A stretch of 64,000 bases of DNA, taken from the IMG/VR virus record IMGVR_UViG_3300012665_000704, positions 1-64,000 of that record. One strand, written 5' to 3'. The notes beneath the pieces are model-generated. The model searched no databases and had not been told where the DNA came from. It saw nothing but the letters and a program-made list of their open reading frames with translations. Of the stretch, positions 1 to 7,993 are shown piece by piece. A program made the translations under genes and the position numbers. The stretch is from a virus (lineage: Duplodnaviria; Caudoviricetes). Every line of letters begins with the position of its first letter. Position 1 is the first letter of the stretch.

Positions 1-1534
1 CAACAGAGGCGGCTAATGCCGCTGCCGTCAATGCTGTTGCGGCAATAGTTGTAGCGTTGAATCCATTCATCAATGGATTAACTGACGCTAACAAATTATC
101 TAAAGCAACTTTTGCCGCAATTTCAGCTTCAGTTAATTTGTTTCTTGCAATTTGTGCAGGATCTTGTTCTGTCTTTGCACCAGTTGTTCCATCTTTTGGT
201 GAACCTATATCAGCTGCCGCTTTTTTACCTGCCGCATCTATGTCTTTACCAACTTTACTCATAGCAAAGCCAACACCATTTCCAGCAAGACCAAAGGCTT
301 TAGCAGTAGTTTCACTATATGCACCTGCCTGGCTTAAACTCCTGACATTATTTTGTACACCATTAGTGTAATCTTTTTGATACTCTAACGTTACATCTTG
401 TCCTTCTTTTAATTTTTGTAAGAATTTTGCTTGGTCTATACCCAAACGTTCTTGTACAGCATTATCTTTAGTAACTGCTTCAGTTGCAATCAATGATTGA
501 ACTGCTAAAATTTGTTGTTGATCACCGGTTGCAATTGCAGCCTGTAGAAATTTATCATTAGCTTCTACTTGTCTTCGTAATTGTGCGGCTTTGACTGTAT
601 CACCGGCAGCTTCTGCATCAGCCGCTTCTAATGACAATGATGATTGTTTAATCCTAAACTGAAATTGAGTTTGTTCAACTGCAATCTTGTCTTTTAATTC
701 TTTGGTACTCTTACCAGTTAATGCACTTAATTGTAATAAATTTTCTGTGTACTCTAGTGATGCTCGTTTTAATGATCCATCACGTTTCATTTGTTCAGTA
801 ATTACAACACCGCTAGCTTGTAAATTTCTAACATACTCACCTTGATTTTCAGCTAATTGTTCTTGTGATACACCCAATCGTTGAAATGCTTGTCGTTGTT
901 CACTAGTTACAGAAGTAAGTTTAGCAAACTCTGCTACACCTTCACCTGCTGTATTTCCTAAACTTATTACACCTGATCCAGCAGTCTTAACTGCTTTGGT
1001 AAATACTGAAAGATTTTCAGAGTTAAGCCCCATGCTCGTACCCATTCTACGAACTTCTTCAGCACTGAATGCTCCTGCACTACCCATTTCAGATAATTCA
1101 TCAGTTGCCTTTAATACATTATCTGCTTGCTTTAATGCCGCTCCTGCAACTTTAGTTACACCAAGCATTAGTGCTCCAGCAGCCATTCCAAGAACACCAA
1201 AGTTTTTGCTTAGTGCCCAGGCTGCGGATCCTGCACTATCTAATCCTGCACTAAATTTACTAAAGCCTTGTTCTGCGCTTAAAAATGCTTTACCTAATGA
1301 AACAACTGATGCAGTTGCCTGTGTCTCTGCTTTAGCTTGATTTCCTGCTGCAATTTCTGCTTGCCTTCTTGCTAATATTTCTGCTTGTATAGCAGGATGC
1401 ATATCGTCAAATGCTTTTTTATTTTTAGCAAGTGTTGAATTCAGTATGGTTGTATTACCGGTAAGACTGGACATGACAGATGCAAGTTCAGTCATGGATT
1501 CAATCAGTTGTCGATTTATTTCGTCTTGTGTCAT
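1..1534 (-). CDS. Tape-measure-like protein, N-terminal part (runs off the left edge; not in the ORF track)
   Basis: Manual translation from ATG at 1534 (MTQDEINRQLIESMTELASVMSSLTG...) is open to the window edge. It is Ala/Gln/Glu-rich and helical with hydrophobic Gly/Ala segments (FGVLGMAAGALMLGV). It lies next to gp26/gp51-like genes and has a minus-strand TAAATA upstream. Confidence 0.75.
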   Translation of the reverse strand, partial: MTQDEINRQLIESMTELASVMSSLTGNTTILNSTLAKNKKAFDDMHPAIQAEILARRQAEIAAGNQAKAETQATASVVSLGKAFLSAEQGFSKFSAGLDSAGSAAWALSKNFGVLGMAAGALMLGVTKVAGAALKQADNVLKATDELSEMGSAGAFSAEEVRRMGTSMGLNSENLSVFTKAVKTAGSGVISLGNTAGEGVAEFAKLTSVTSEQRQAFQRLGVSQEQLAENQGEYVRNLQASGVVITEQMKRDGSLKRASLEYTENLLQLSALTGKSTKELKDKIAVEQTQFQFRIKQSSLSLEAADAEAAGDTVKAAQLRRQVEANDKFLQAAIATGDQQQILAVQSLIATEAVTKDNAVQERLGIDQAKFLQKLKEGQDVTLEYQKDYTNGVQNNVRSLSQAGAYSETTAKAFGLAGNGVGFAMSKVGKDIDAAGKKAAADIGSPKDGTTGAKTEQDPAQIARNKLTEAEIAAKVALDNLLASVNPLMNGFNATTIAATALTAAALAASV

Positions 1535-1572
1535 AGTCTATACCAATAATTTTAGGGTGCTTTTGTAGCCAA

Positions 1573-1593
1573 TAAATAGTTACTATATATTTA
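1573..1593. promoter_or_regulatory. Crossed pair of T4-type late promoter motifs (TAAATA-N9-TATTTA)
   Basis: TAAATA on + at 1573-1578 and on - at 1588-1593, between divergent structural genes; matches the core of the T4 late promoter TATAAATA. Confidence 0.65.
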
Positions 1594-1630
1594 GTATTGG
1601 GTGAAAACCCTTTTTTTATCAAGGAAAAAC

Positions 1631-2458
1631 ATGATCGCAACAAACAATCCATTAAAGCAGTATTTTCGTAGACCGGCAATTTATTTAAGATTACCCAGCG
1701 GTGGAACAGGATATCCCCCAGGCGTAGTTAATTTACCTGAATCAGGTGAATTGCCAATATACCCAATGACTGCAATTGATGAAATTACAAGTAAAACACC
1801 AGACGCATTGTTTAGTGGAACTGCTATTGTAGAATTAATTAAAAGTTGCATACCTGATATAAAAGACCCTTGGTCTATCAATAGCACAGATTTAGATGCT
1901 ATCTTAGTAGCTATTAAATCAGCAACACAAGGAAATGATTTTGAAATTGAATCATCTTGTACAGCTTGTGGTGAAGCTGCTACATATGGCGTTAACCTAA
2001 TAGGAATCTTAACAGGATTAAAACCAGGAGACTATTCCAAAGAATTAGAAATTGGTGATTTGAAAATTAAATTCAGACCTTTATTGTATAAAGAAATGAA
2101 TGATGCAGCCAAAACACAATTTGAAATTCAAAAGATATTTTCTAACTTAGAAGAATTACCTGAAGAAGAAAGAAATATAAAAACTCAAGAAGCTATAAAA
2201 AGCATAACTGAGATTACTATGCAATTGTTATCTAAAACGATTGAGTATATTGAAACCCCTGGCTCACAAGTAGCAGAAAAAGCATTCATTTTAGACTTTT
2301 TGCATAATTGCGATAAGAACTCATATACCACAATTCGTGATTATCATGCAAAACTAAAAGAACAAACTGATATTAAACCATTAAAAATTAAATGCATACA
2401 CTGTCAAGTAGAATATGAACAACCATTCATATTGAATGCATCTGATTTTTTCGGATGA
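1631..2458 (+). CDS. Baseplate hub assembly protein / tail assembly chaperone (T4 gp26-like)
   Basis: NPLKQYFRRPAIYLRLPSGG start, PMTAIDE, DLDAILVAIK, two CxxC pairs (CTAC, CIHC), C-terminal DFFG. ATG 1631 follows AAGGA and is preferred over GTG 1601. Confidence 0.7.
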   Translation: MIATNNPLKQYFRRPAIYLRLPSGGTGYPPGVVNLPESGELPIYPMTAIDEITSKTPDALFSGTAIVELIKSCIPDIKDPWSINSTDLDAILVAIKSATQGNDFEIESSCTACGEAATYGVNLIGILTGLKPGDYSKELEIGDLKIKFRPLLYKEMNDAAKTQFEIQKIFSNLEELPEEERNIKTQEAIKSITEITMQLLSKTIEYIETPGSQVAEKAFILDFLHNCDKNSYTTIRDYHAKLKEQTDIKPLKIKCIHCQVEYEQPFILNASDFFG

Positions 2459-2682
2459 GGCTTCTACACCTTGACCACGAGGGTGTAAGTAAGCTGATAG
2501 AGGGAATGGAAAAAGAATGTATTGAGTTAAAGAGAAGTGCGTTGTCTTTAACTTGGTACATGCGTGGTGGCGTTTCATATGAAGATGTACTAAACATGTC
2601 CATTGAGGAAAGAAAACTCATCAATGAACTAATAGAAGAAAATCTTGAAACAACTAAGAAGACGCAATTGCCATTCTTTTAA
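2455..2682 (+). CDS. Small baseplate hub assembly catalyst (gp51-like) or frameshifted extension of the upstream chaperone
   Basis: WYMRGGVSYEDVLNMSIEER resembles gp51 and tail-chaperone GT C-termini. It is in the -1 frame of the upstream ORF with an ATGA overlap. Confidence 0.6.
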   Translation: MRLLHLDHEGVSKLIEGMEKECIELKRSALSLTWYMRGGVSYEDVLNMSIEERKLINELIEENLETTKKTQLPFF

Positions 2683-2738
2683 TACGTGGAACAATAGACG
2701 CAACTATTCATTTATACTTCATTCGGGTTTATCTTTAA

Positions 2739-2780
2739 AGACAAACTTCGTTTGTCTAAGAACTCACTTCGTTCGTTCTT
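2739..2780. repeat. Two abutting hairpins with C-GAA-G loops on the minus strand (possible origin/ssDNA signal or bidirectional terminator)
   Basis: Minus strand reads AAGAAC-GA-A-CGAAG-T-GA-GTTCTT then AGACAAA-CGAAG-TTTGTCT; located between convergent transcription units. Confidence 0.6.
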
Positions 2781-2824
2781 AATTTTACGGTTATCTATTG
2801 TTTTTAGATTATAATATATAAGGG

Positions 2825-3186
2825 ATATATTGCCGCTTGGAGAGCCATGGTAGTGCTATTCAGCACTACCAGTGGTAAAGGGAATTTGCCATGCCCATCG
2901 TCCATTGTTATCTTTTCCCCGTTTAATTGCCTATTTCTGACACTAAACGCTACCGGTTGCTCTGTAAAGTTTACGGGACTGTAGTGAAGCTATTGTTTTT
3001 TTTAACAATTCTTCAGCAACGCACATTCTATAACTTAAAGATAAAGTTGTTATAGACTTGTTGAAGGTTCGCTTTGTCGATTGCCTTCTCGGTATACCCA
3101 TGAATATTACTATTCATGCTTGCTCCAGATCCGTCAGCACAGCACAATCTGTACAAACTCAAGGAGGACTGTCAAACACAGTCAAC
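2825..3186 (-). ncRNA. Putative structured non-coding RNA of unknown class (~360 nt, ends approximate)
   Basis: Intergenic tract, visibly richer in G+C than its flanks, with stems at 3167-3183, 3099-3118 (GUAA loop), 3063-3088, 3027-3056, 2985-3015, 2920-2949 (G-U pairs only on the minus strand) and 2845-2875. Confidence 0.55.
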
Positions 3187-3192
3187 AAATTT

Positions 3193-3759
3193 TTATGTAT
3201 TAATAGTTAAAATTGTATTTTCAATTGATTTTGACGTGGTGTCTATTGAGCCTGAATATGTTTTCAGAAGATTTGTATTGAAATTAAAGAAACTGTCAAA
3301 TTCCATTATGATCCAATCACCGTGTTTAGACGATGTGTAATACATGAAATTGTCAGTCACCCATGTTAGTTTGCTTTGTACTGCAACATAGCGACCCTTA
3401 CGATTAAACTTCATAAAAAGAACGTTTAAATCTTCGGGATCGGCTACATCCATGAGTTGTTCTAGCCAGCCATCAATTACTTTGCATTCACCTGAAAGTA
3501 ATAAATGAAACGGAAAATCAGCATAGAATTTACATTCAACATTTAATTTAGAAAAGGTTTCTCCGGGAACAATGTCCCCTTTAAAACTTCTAATCTGTCC
3601 TTCATGTAAGAATTGTGTTCTTGATTGATTTTTACCACCTACATAAGCACCTGATCCAGGAGCACGGATAAAACTTTCTCCGTACTTCTCTGATAGATAT
3701 TTTGCGATTTCTCGTTCGAAACCTGAACCTTTTGCTTTTTGTGGACTTGGCATACTCAT
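3193..3759 (-). CDS. Hjc-like PD-(D/E)xK nuclease, putative Holliday junction resolvase
   Basis: KAKGSGFEREIAKYL, GSGA, KGDIV and VECK motifs of the Hjc family. The true start may be ATG 3753, downstream of GATAAGTA. Confidence 0.75.
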   Translation of the reverse strand: MSMPSPQKAKGSGFEREIAKYLSEKYGESFIRAPGSGAYVGGKNQSRTQFLHEGQIRSFKGDIVPGETFSKLNVECKFYADFPFHLLLSGECKVIDGWLEQLMDVADPEDLNVLFMKFNRKGRYVAVQSKLTWVTDNFMYYTSSKHGDWIIMEFDSFFNFNTNLLKTYSGSIDTTSKSIENTILTINT

Positions 3760-3785
3760 ACTTATCTATTATTTCAGATATAAAA

Positions 3786-5861
3786 TTATTCTATATCTAC
3801 CGCTGTACTGTATGTTGTAAAGCCATTTTCTTTAATTACTTTTAGAACACTGGGTACACGACCTGCTAATTCTTCTCTATGGCTAACTAACCAAATAGAT
3901 TTATGTCTTCTACGTGACATGTCTTTAAGAATAGCAATAGCATTTTCAACACCCATAGTGTCTAATCCGCTATCAATTAATTCATCAATAAACAATGTAT
4001 TGATTGGGCTATATAAGTTTTCCCAAACATCACGGAAAGCAAAACTCAAGCCTAAGATTAAACGATTACGTTCACCTCGACTTAAATTATCAAAGTCAAG
4101 TTCACGACCCAATTCAGTAATTTCTACTTCTAGGTCATTTTTAAATACCACTTGATGCGGCAACCCAATACTATCTAAGTAATGTGTTAATCGTGCATTC
4201 AAGTATGACAAATTCTGGTCAATAATCTTTTTACGAACAAAACTATCTTTACTTGTTAGTACATCTAACAAGAATTTTTGATGTTCCATTGTTTTTGTTA
4301 GTTTGTTAATAGCATCAAAATCAGTAGATTGTAAAGCATTCTTTTCCATCTCAACGACTTGTTCATTGTATGGGTCAGATTCAGCAGCCTTTGTTTCAAT
4401 GTTATGTAACAAACCAGATACTTTACTACGATGTTCAATCGCTTGTGCTTCTGTATCATAATGTGTACTTGGCATAATACCCACTTCAACTTCAGTTAAT
4501 TCTATAAGTTGTTCTGCGTATGGGTCAACTTCTTGTTCTTTTTCAAGAATTTTTGTACGAATATTTTCTAATTCACTACCATGACGTATTGCTTCTGCTT
4601 CTGTACTGTAATGTGTCTTTGGTTTTTTATCTGCAACAATGATAACTTTATCGTTTTGTTCGTTCCATTGTTTAAGTAAAGACGTTACATGAACATTTGC
4701 TTCAATCAACATATGTTCTTTATCTTGCAATACTTTGGTATGTTGCTCATCGTGAAAATCTTGTCCACAGGCATAACAAGTATGGTCACGTAGTGTAGCG
4801 ACCTCTGTTTCAAGTTTTTTAATTAACTTGTTTTCTTTGTCAATATCTTTTTGTAAACGTGCAAGTTCCTTATCACGTTCAGCCAACTCAACAGTTTTAA
4901 TATTATATTCGGCTAGGGCTCTATGTGCTGATATTTCTTCAACAATGTCAATGTGTTGCATTTTAAATATAGCATGTTCTAAATCACCTATATCTTTTTC
5001 TTGTTTTTGTTTCCAAGCAACTTGTCTAGCCAATAGTGCATTGTATGTGTCTTGTTGTTTTTTCTTTTGATTCCAAATTACTAATTCTTTGTGTGCTACT
5101 AATTCACTATCAATGTCAATTTTTGAAAGGTCATCATACTGTGCTACCAATGCAGCCAAATCACTTTCGTGTTTTTTACTCCATAGTACTTGTCTACGTT
5201 TTAAACTTTCAATTTGTTCTTTCACTCTTTTATTGGCTTCTTCTACTGCCTTAACTTTAAATTCTTCTTGTTGAATACCATCTTTGGTATTCTTCAACAT
5301 TGTTTTAATAATTTCAGCTTTTTCAGATAATAGTGTAATACCCAATAACTGTTCAATAATTTCACGTTGTTCGTTTGCCTTTAGTGACAAGAATGGTTCA
5401 CTATACGTATTCAATGCTACGATATGCCTAAACATACTACTAGACATATTCAATACTCGGTCAATTGCTTGTTGAGTTTCTTTATTCTCACCCTGAGCAT
5501 CATCTAAAGTTTTTTGTAAATCATTATTCACATAGAACCGTAGGATATTTGGTTTACGACCTCGCTCAATTTTATATTCAATGCCATGCACACTAAACTC
5601 AAGTGTGACCATCATGCCCTTACCGTTTGTACGATTAACTAAATTATCTTTTCTAATTGAGTTAATGGGCACACCAAACAATGCATAACTAAGTCCTTGA
5701 ATAAGACTGGTCTTACCCGTACCGTTACGTGCGCCGTCGCTACCTAAATCTAAGTTCTCACCTAGAATAAGTGTTAATTCTTTTTTGTCAAAGTCAACTG
5801 CTTGTGTTACTTGTCCAATGGATAGGAAATTACGTAATGTAATATTTTTTAGTATAATCAT
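3786..5861 (-). CDS. gp46: Recombination ATPase, SbcC/Rad50/T4 gp46-like
   Basis: NFLSIG start, Walker A NGTGKT, long coiled coil with CYAC zinc hook, LSRGE signature, LFIDE Walker B, LVSH H-loop. Confidence 0.92.
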   Translation of the reverse strand: MIILKNITLRNFLSIGQVTQAVDFDKKELTLILGENLDLGSDGARNGTGKTSLIQGLSYALFGVPINSIRKDNLVNRTNGKGMMVTLEFSVHGIEYKIERGRKPNILRFYVNNDLQKTLDDAQGENKETQQAIDRVLNMSSSMFRHIVALNTYSEPFLSLKANEQREIIEQLLGITLLSEKAEIIKTMLKNTKDGIQQEEFKVKAVEEANKRVKEQIESLKRRQVLWSKKHESDLAALVAQYDDLSKIDIDSELVAHKELVIWNQKKKQQDTYNALLARQVAWKQKQEKDIGDLEHAIFKMQHIDIVEEISAHRALAEYNIKTVELAERDKELARLQKDIDKENKLIKKLETEVATLRDHTCYACGQDFHDEQHTKVLQDKEHMLIEANVHVTSLLKQWNEQNDKVIIVADKKPKTHYSTEAEAIRHGSELENIRTKILEKEQEVDPYAEQLIELTEVEVGIMPSTHYDTEAQAIEHRSKVSGLLHNIETKAAESDPYNEQVVEMEKNALQSTDFDAINKLTKTMEHQKFLLDVLTSKDSFVRKKIIDQNLSYLNARLTHYLDSIGLPHQVVFKNDLEVEITELGRELDFDNLSRGERNRLILGLSFAFRDVWENLYSPINTLFIDELIDSGLDTMGVENAIAILKDMSRRRHKSIWLVSHREELAGRVPSVLKVIKENGFTTYSTAVDIE

Positions 5862-5864
5862 ATT

Positions 5865-6482
5865 TTAAAATTTAGAGAACCATTCAACTACTTGGTCATA
5901 ATTTGTGAAAACATCACGTTTATAATCAGGTAGTTTTTCAGTACGATGTTCAATCGTTACATTATATAGGTTTAATGCAGGTATATCAAAAGGAAAGGAC
6001 ATGTCCTCATAATATAATGTGTAATTTTCGTAGGGTATAGAATATTCATTCCATAAGTAATCTTCATGTTCTTTCCTATGCATAAACTTAACAACACTTG
6101 TTAAATTTATTTTTATTCGCTTTTTGGTAAAATCATAAAATGATTCAATATCTTGAGTTGGTACGTCTTTTTCTATATTACGAAAACTATTACCAATATG
6201 ATATACAGCTACTTCACTTAAAAATTGTTCACATTTATTTTTTCTAGTACATCTAAACACAAAGGGATTATTATATCTATCTAGTTCTTTTAATTTTTCA
6301 AACATATGTGTGTTTAATAGTAACTTGTGATTAGGTACATTATTCCAAGTAAGTTGACCGTTTACGGTTTCTGTTGGTAAATTATCAACAAAACAAAAAT
6401 CCCGATTTAATATATCAGCTAGGTATTTTGTCACACTAGTGCTACCCGATCGGGGCTCTCTAAACATCCATATATCTCTCAT
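5865..6482 (-). CDS. PAPS-dependent sulfotransferase-like protein (Stf0-like)
   Basis: N-terminal PRSGST 5'-PSB loop, RKNKCEQFLS 3'-PB motif, LYYED. Confidence 0.65.
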   Translation of the reverse strand: MRDIWMFREPRSGSTSVTKYLADILNRDFCFVDNLPTETVNGQLTWNNVPNHKLLLNTHMFEKLKELDRYNNPFVFRCTRKNKCEQFLSEVAVYHIGNSFRNIEKDVPTQDIESFYDFTKKRIKINLTSVVKFMHRKEHEDYLWNEYSIPYENYTLYYEDMSFPFDIPALNLYNVTIEHRTEKLPDYKRDVFTNYDQVVEWFSKF

Positions 6483-6485
6483 AAA

Positions 6486-6707
6486 TTATTTTAATTTTCT
6501 AAAAAAACTGTCTTTGGCTAACGTTTCAGCCTTCAGTGTTCGTTCTAGTATACCTTCTAATTTGAGTTTAACACTGACTAAACTCTTTTGTTCTCTTAAG
6601 CTACCCAAATAAGAATGAGTATTAGTTAACTCAGATAAAGCAATGCCCAAATGTTTGTTTACTTTTATCAAAGATTCTAATTCTCTAACTTCTCTAGGTG
6701 ACTTCAT
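6486..6707 (-). CDS. Hypothetical protein (73 aa, helical)
   Basis: Packed in the minus-strand operon, overlapping its upstream neighbour. Confidence 0.55.
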   Translation of the reverse strand: MKSPREVRELESLIKVNKHLGIALSELTNTHSYLGSLREQKSLVSVKLKLEGILERTLKAETLAKDSFFRKLK

Positions 6708-6927
6708 AATATCCCAAGTTCTTTGCGAATTCTAAAATTGTTGGCGCTTCGTTTAATCCATCTTCATCTGTAAATATGGGATTTTCTAAGGTAGTGTATC
6801 CGTCATAGTATGAGATAAACCATGCAGGTTTGGCATAACTTTTACAAGGAGTCGCTTGTCCTACTCGTTTACCATTAACAAACGGTTGTCTATTGATACT
6901 CATTAAGTATTTGCTGACTTTGTTCAT
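6694..6927 (-). CDS. Hypothetical protein (77 aa)
   Basis: ATGA overlap with the gp47 stop codon; in operon. Confidence 0.55.
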   Translation of the reverse strand: MNKVSKYLMSINRQPFVNGKRVGQATPCKSYAKPAWFISYYDGYTTLENPIFTDEDGLNEAPTILEFAKNLGYYEVT

Positions 6928-7937
6928 AGGTTGTTATAAATCTCTAATAGAATCTTTTTGTCAAAGGTCGTACTTTCAATGCTATTGATTTGGTCAATAA
7001 CAATTTGATCTACAGATTCAAATTTAAGTCCGTCGTTCCCTTGTTGTTCTACTTGTTCTACTTTCATAGGTATCAATGTCATTTCACGTAATTTATGTTC
7101 TGGAATAAAAGTTTCACGTAAGAAGTTAGCCTCTTCATATGAAATATCAATATCAAGATGTACCCTAACATGACTGTCAATTAATAACAATCCTTCGGGA
7201 TTTTCTAAGATATCACTAAGTTTGTGTAGTCTAAAGATAGGTTGTCTTGGCCATGAATGAAATACAGGATCTTGACCCCATTCTAATATCATCATGCCAC
7301 GTGCATCATCACCTGCGTCAGCATAGTTATGTGGGAATGCATTTCCAATATACCAAATATTTTTACTTGCTTGACGTTTATGAAAGTGACCACTAAACAC
7401 TTGATCAAATTGTTTCATATGATTGGTAGATATCTCTCCGTGATCGGGCATCTCTACCATTGCATTCATATAGAAGTGTGGCAATTCAAAATGACCAAAC
7501 AAATACTTGCCTGACATTTTTTGAACTTTTTTGTAATCATCACCCACTAACCAAGGAGCAATACAAACATCACCTTCGTCAAAAAAATCATTTATGATTC
7601 TAACATTAGGTAAATGTTTAGCCCATTCAACACTATGAATATCTCGGCGATCACGATAATAAAGATCGTGATTACCTGGGATAAAATATACTTGATCAAA
7701 CGCCGCACTTAATTTTTCTAATGCTTGCAGTCCAAACTGTAATGTATGAATGTTAATACTTGCACGATGATGATTATAATCACCCAGAAAGAAACAGGTT
7801 TCGCAATTTTCTGATTTTGCTTTGGTAATAAACCAATCAACAAAGTTAGCACAATCTTGATTGTGAACTAAACTGTTTGATTTTAAACCAAAATGAATGT
7901 CTGTGAAAACTGCGGCTTTTTTAAATAGGTTACTCAT
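6924..7937 (-). CDS. gp47: Recombination nuclease, SbcD/Mre11/T4 gp47-like
   Basis: Metallophosphoesterase motifs TDIHFG, FLGD, GNHD, GHFE, SGHFH; upstream of gp46. Confidence 0.92.
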   Translation of the reverse strand: MSNLFKKAAVFTDIHFGLKSNSLVHNQDCANFVDWFITKAKSENCETCFFLGDYNHHRASINIHTLQFGLQALEKLSAAFDQVYFIPGNHDLYYRDRRDIHSVEWAKHLPNVRIINDFFDEGDVCIAPWLVGDDYKKVQKMSGKYLFGHFELPHFYMNAMVEMPDHGEISTNHMKQFDQVFSGHFHKRQASKNIWYIGNAFPHNYADAGDDARGMMILEWGQDPVFHSWPRQPIFRLHKLSDILENPEGLLLIDSHVRVHLDIDISYEEANFLRETFIPEHKLREMTLIPMKVEQVEQQGNDGLKFESVDQIVIDQINSIESTTFDKKILLEIYNNL

Positions 7938-7943
7938 GTGTTT

Positions 7944-7980
7944 ATTATATAGGAAGAGGGACTACTAAAGCAATCCCTCT
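7944..7980 (-). promoter_or_regulatory. Sigma70-like promoter for gp47 overlapped by a stem-loop
   Basis: TTGCTT (7973-7968), 18 nt spacer, TATAAT (7949-7944), ATG 6 nt later. Inverted repeat AGAGGGA...TCCCTCT at 7955-7980. Confidence 0.6.
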
Positions 7981-7993
7981 GGTTAAATTAAAA

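Noticed and set aside
57-1340. Plus-strand ORFs 57-371 and 996-1340
   Set aside because: Antisense shadows of the continuous minus-strand tape-measure-like frame.
2825-3186. tmRNA, RNase P RNA, tRNA or group I/II intron identity for the structured region
   Set aside because: No tRNA-like ends or T-loop, no GAGGAAAGUCC, no convincing P7 or domain V sequence, and the flanking genes are intact and convergent.
3116-3340. 74-aa plus-strand ORF
   Set aside because: Antisense to the nuclease 3' end and the structured RNA; no RBS and no recognisable motif.
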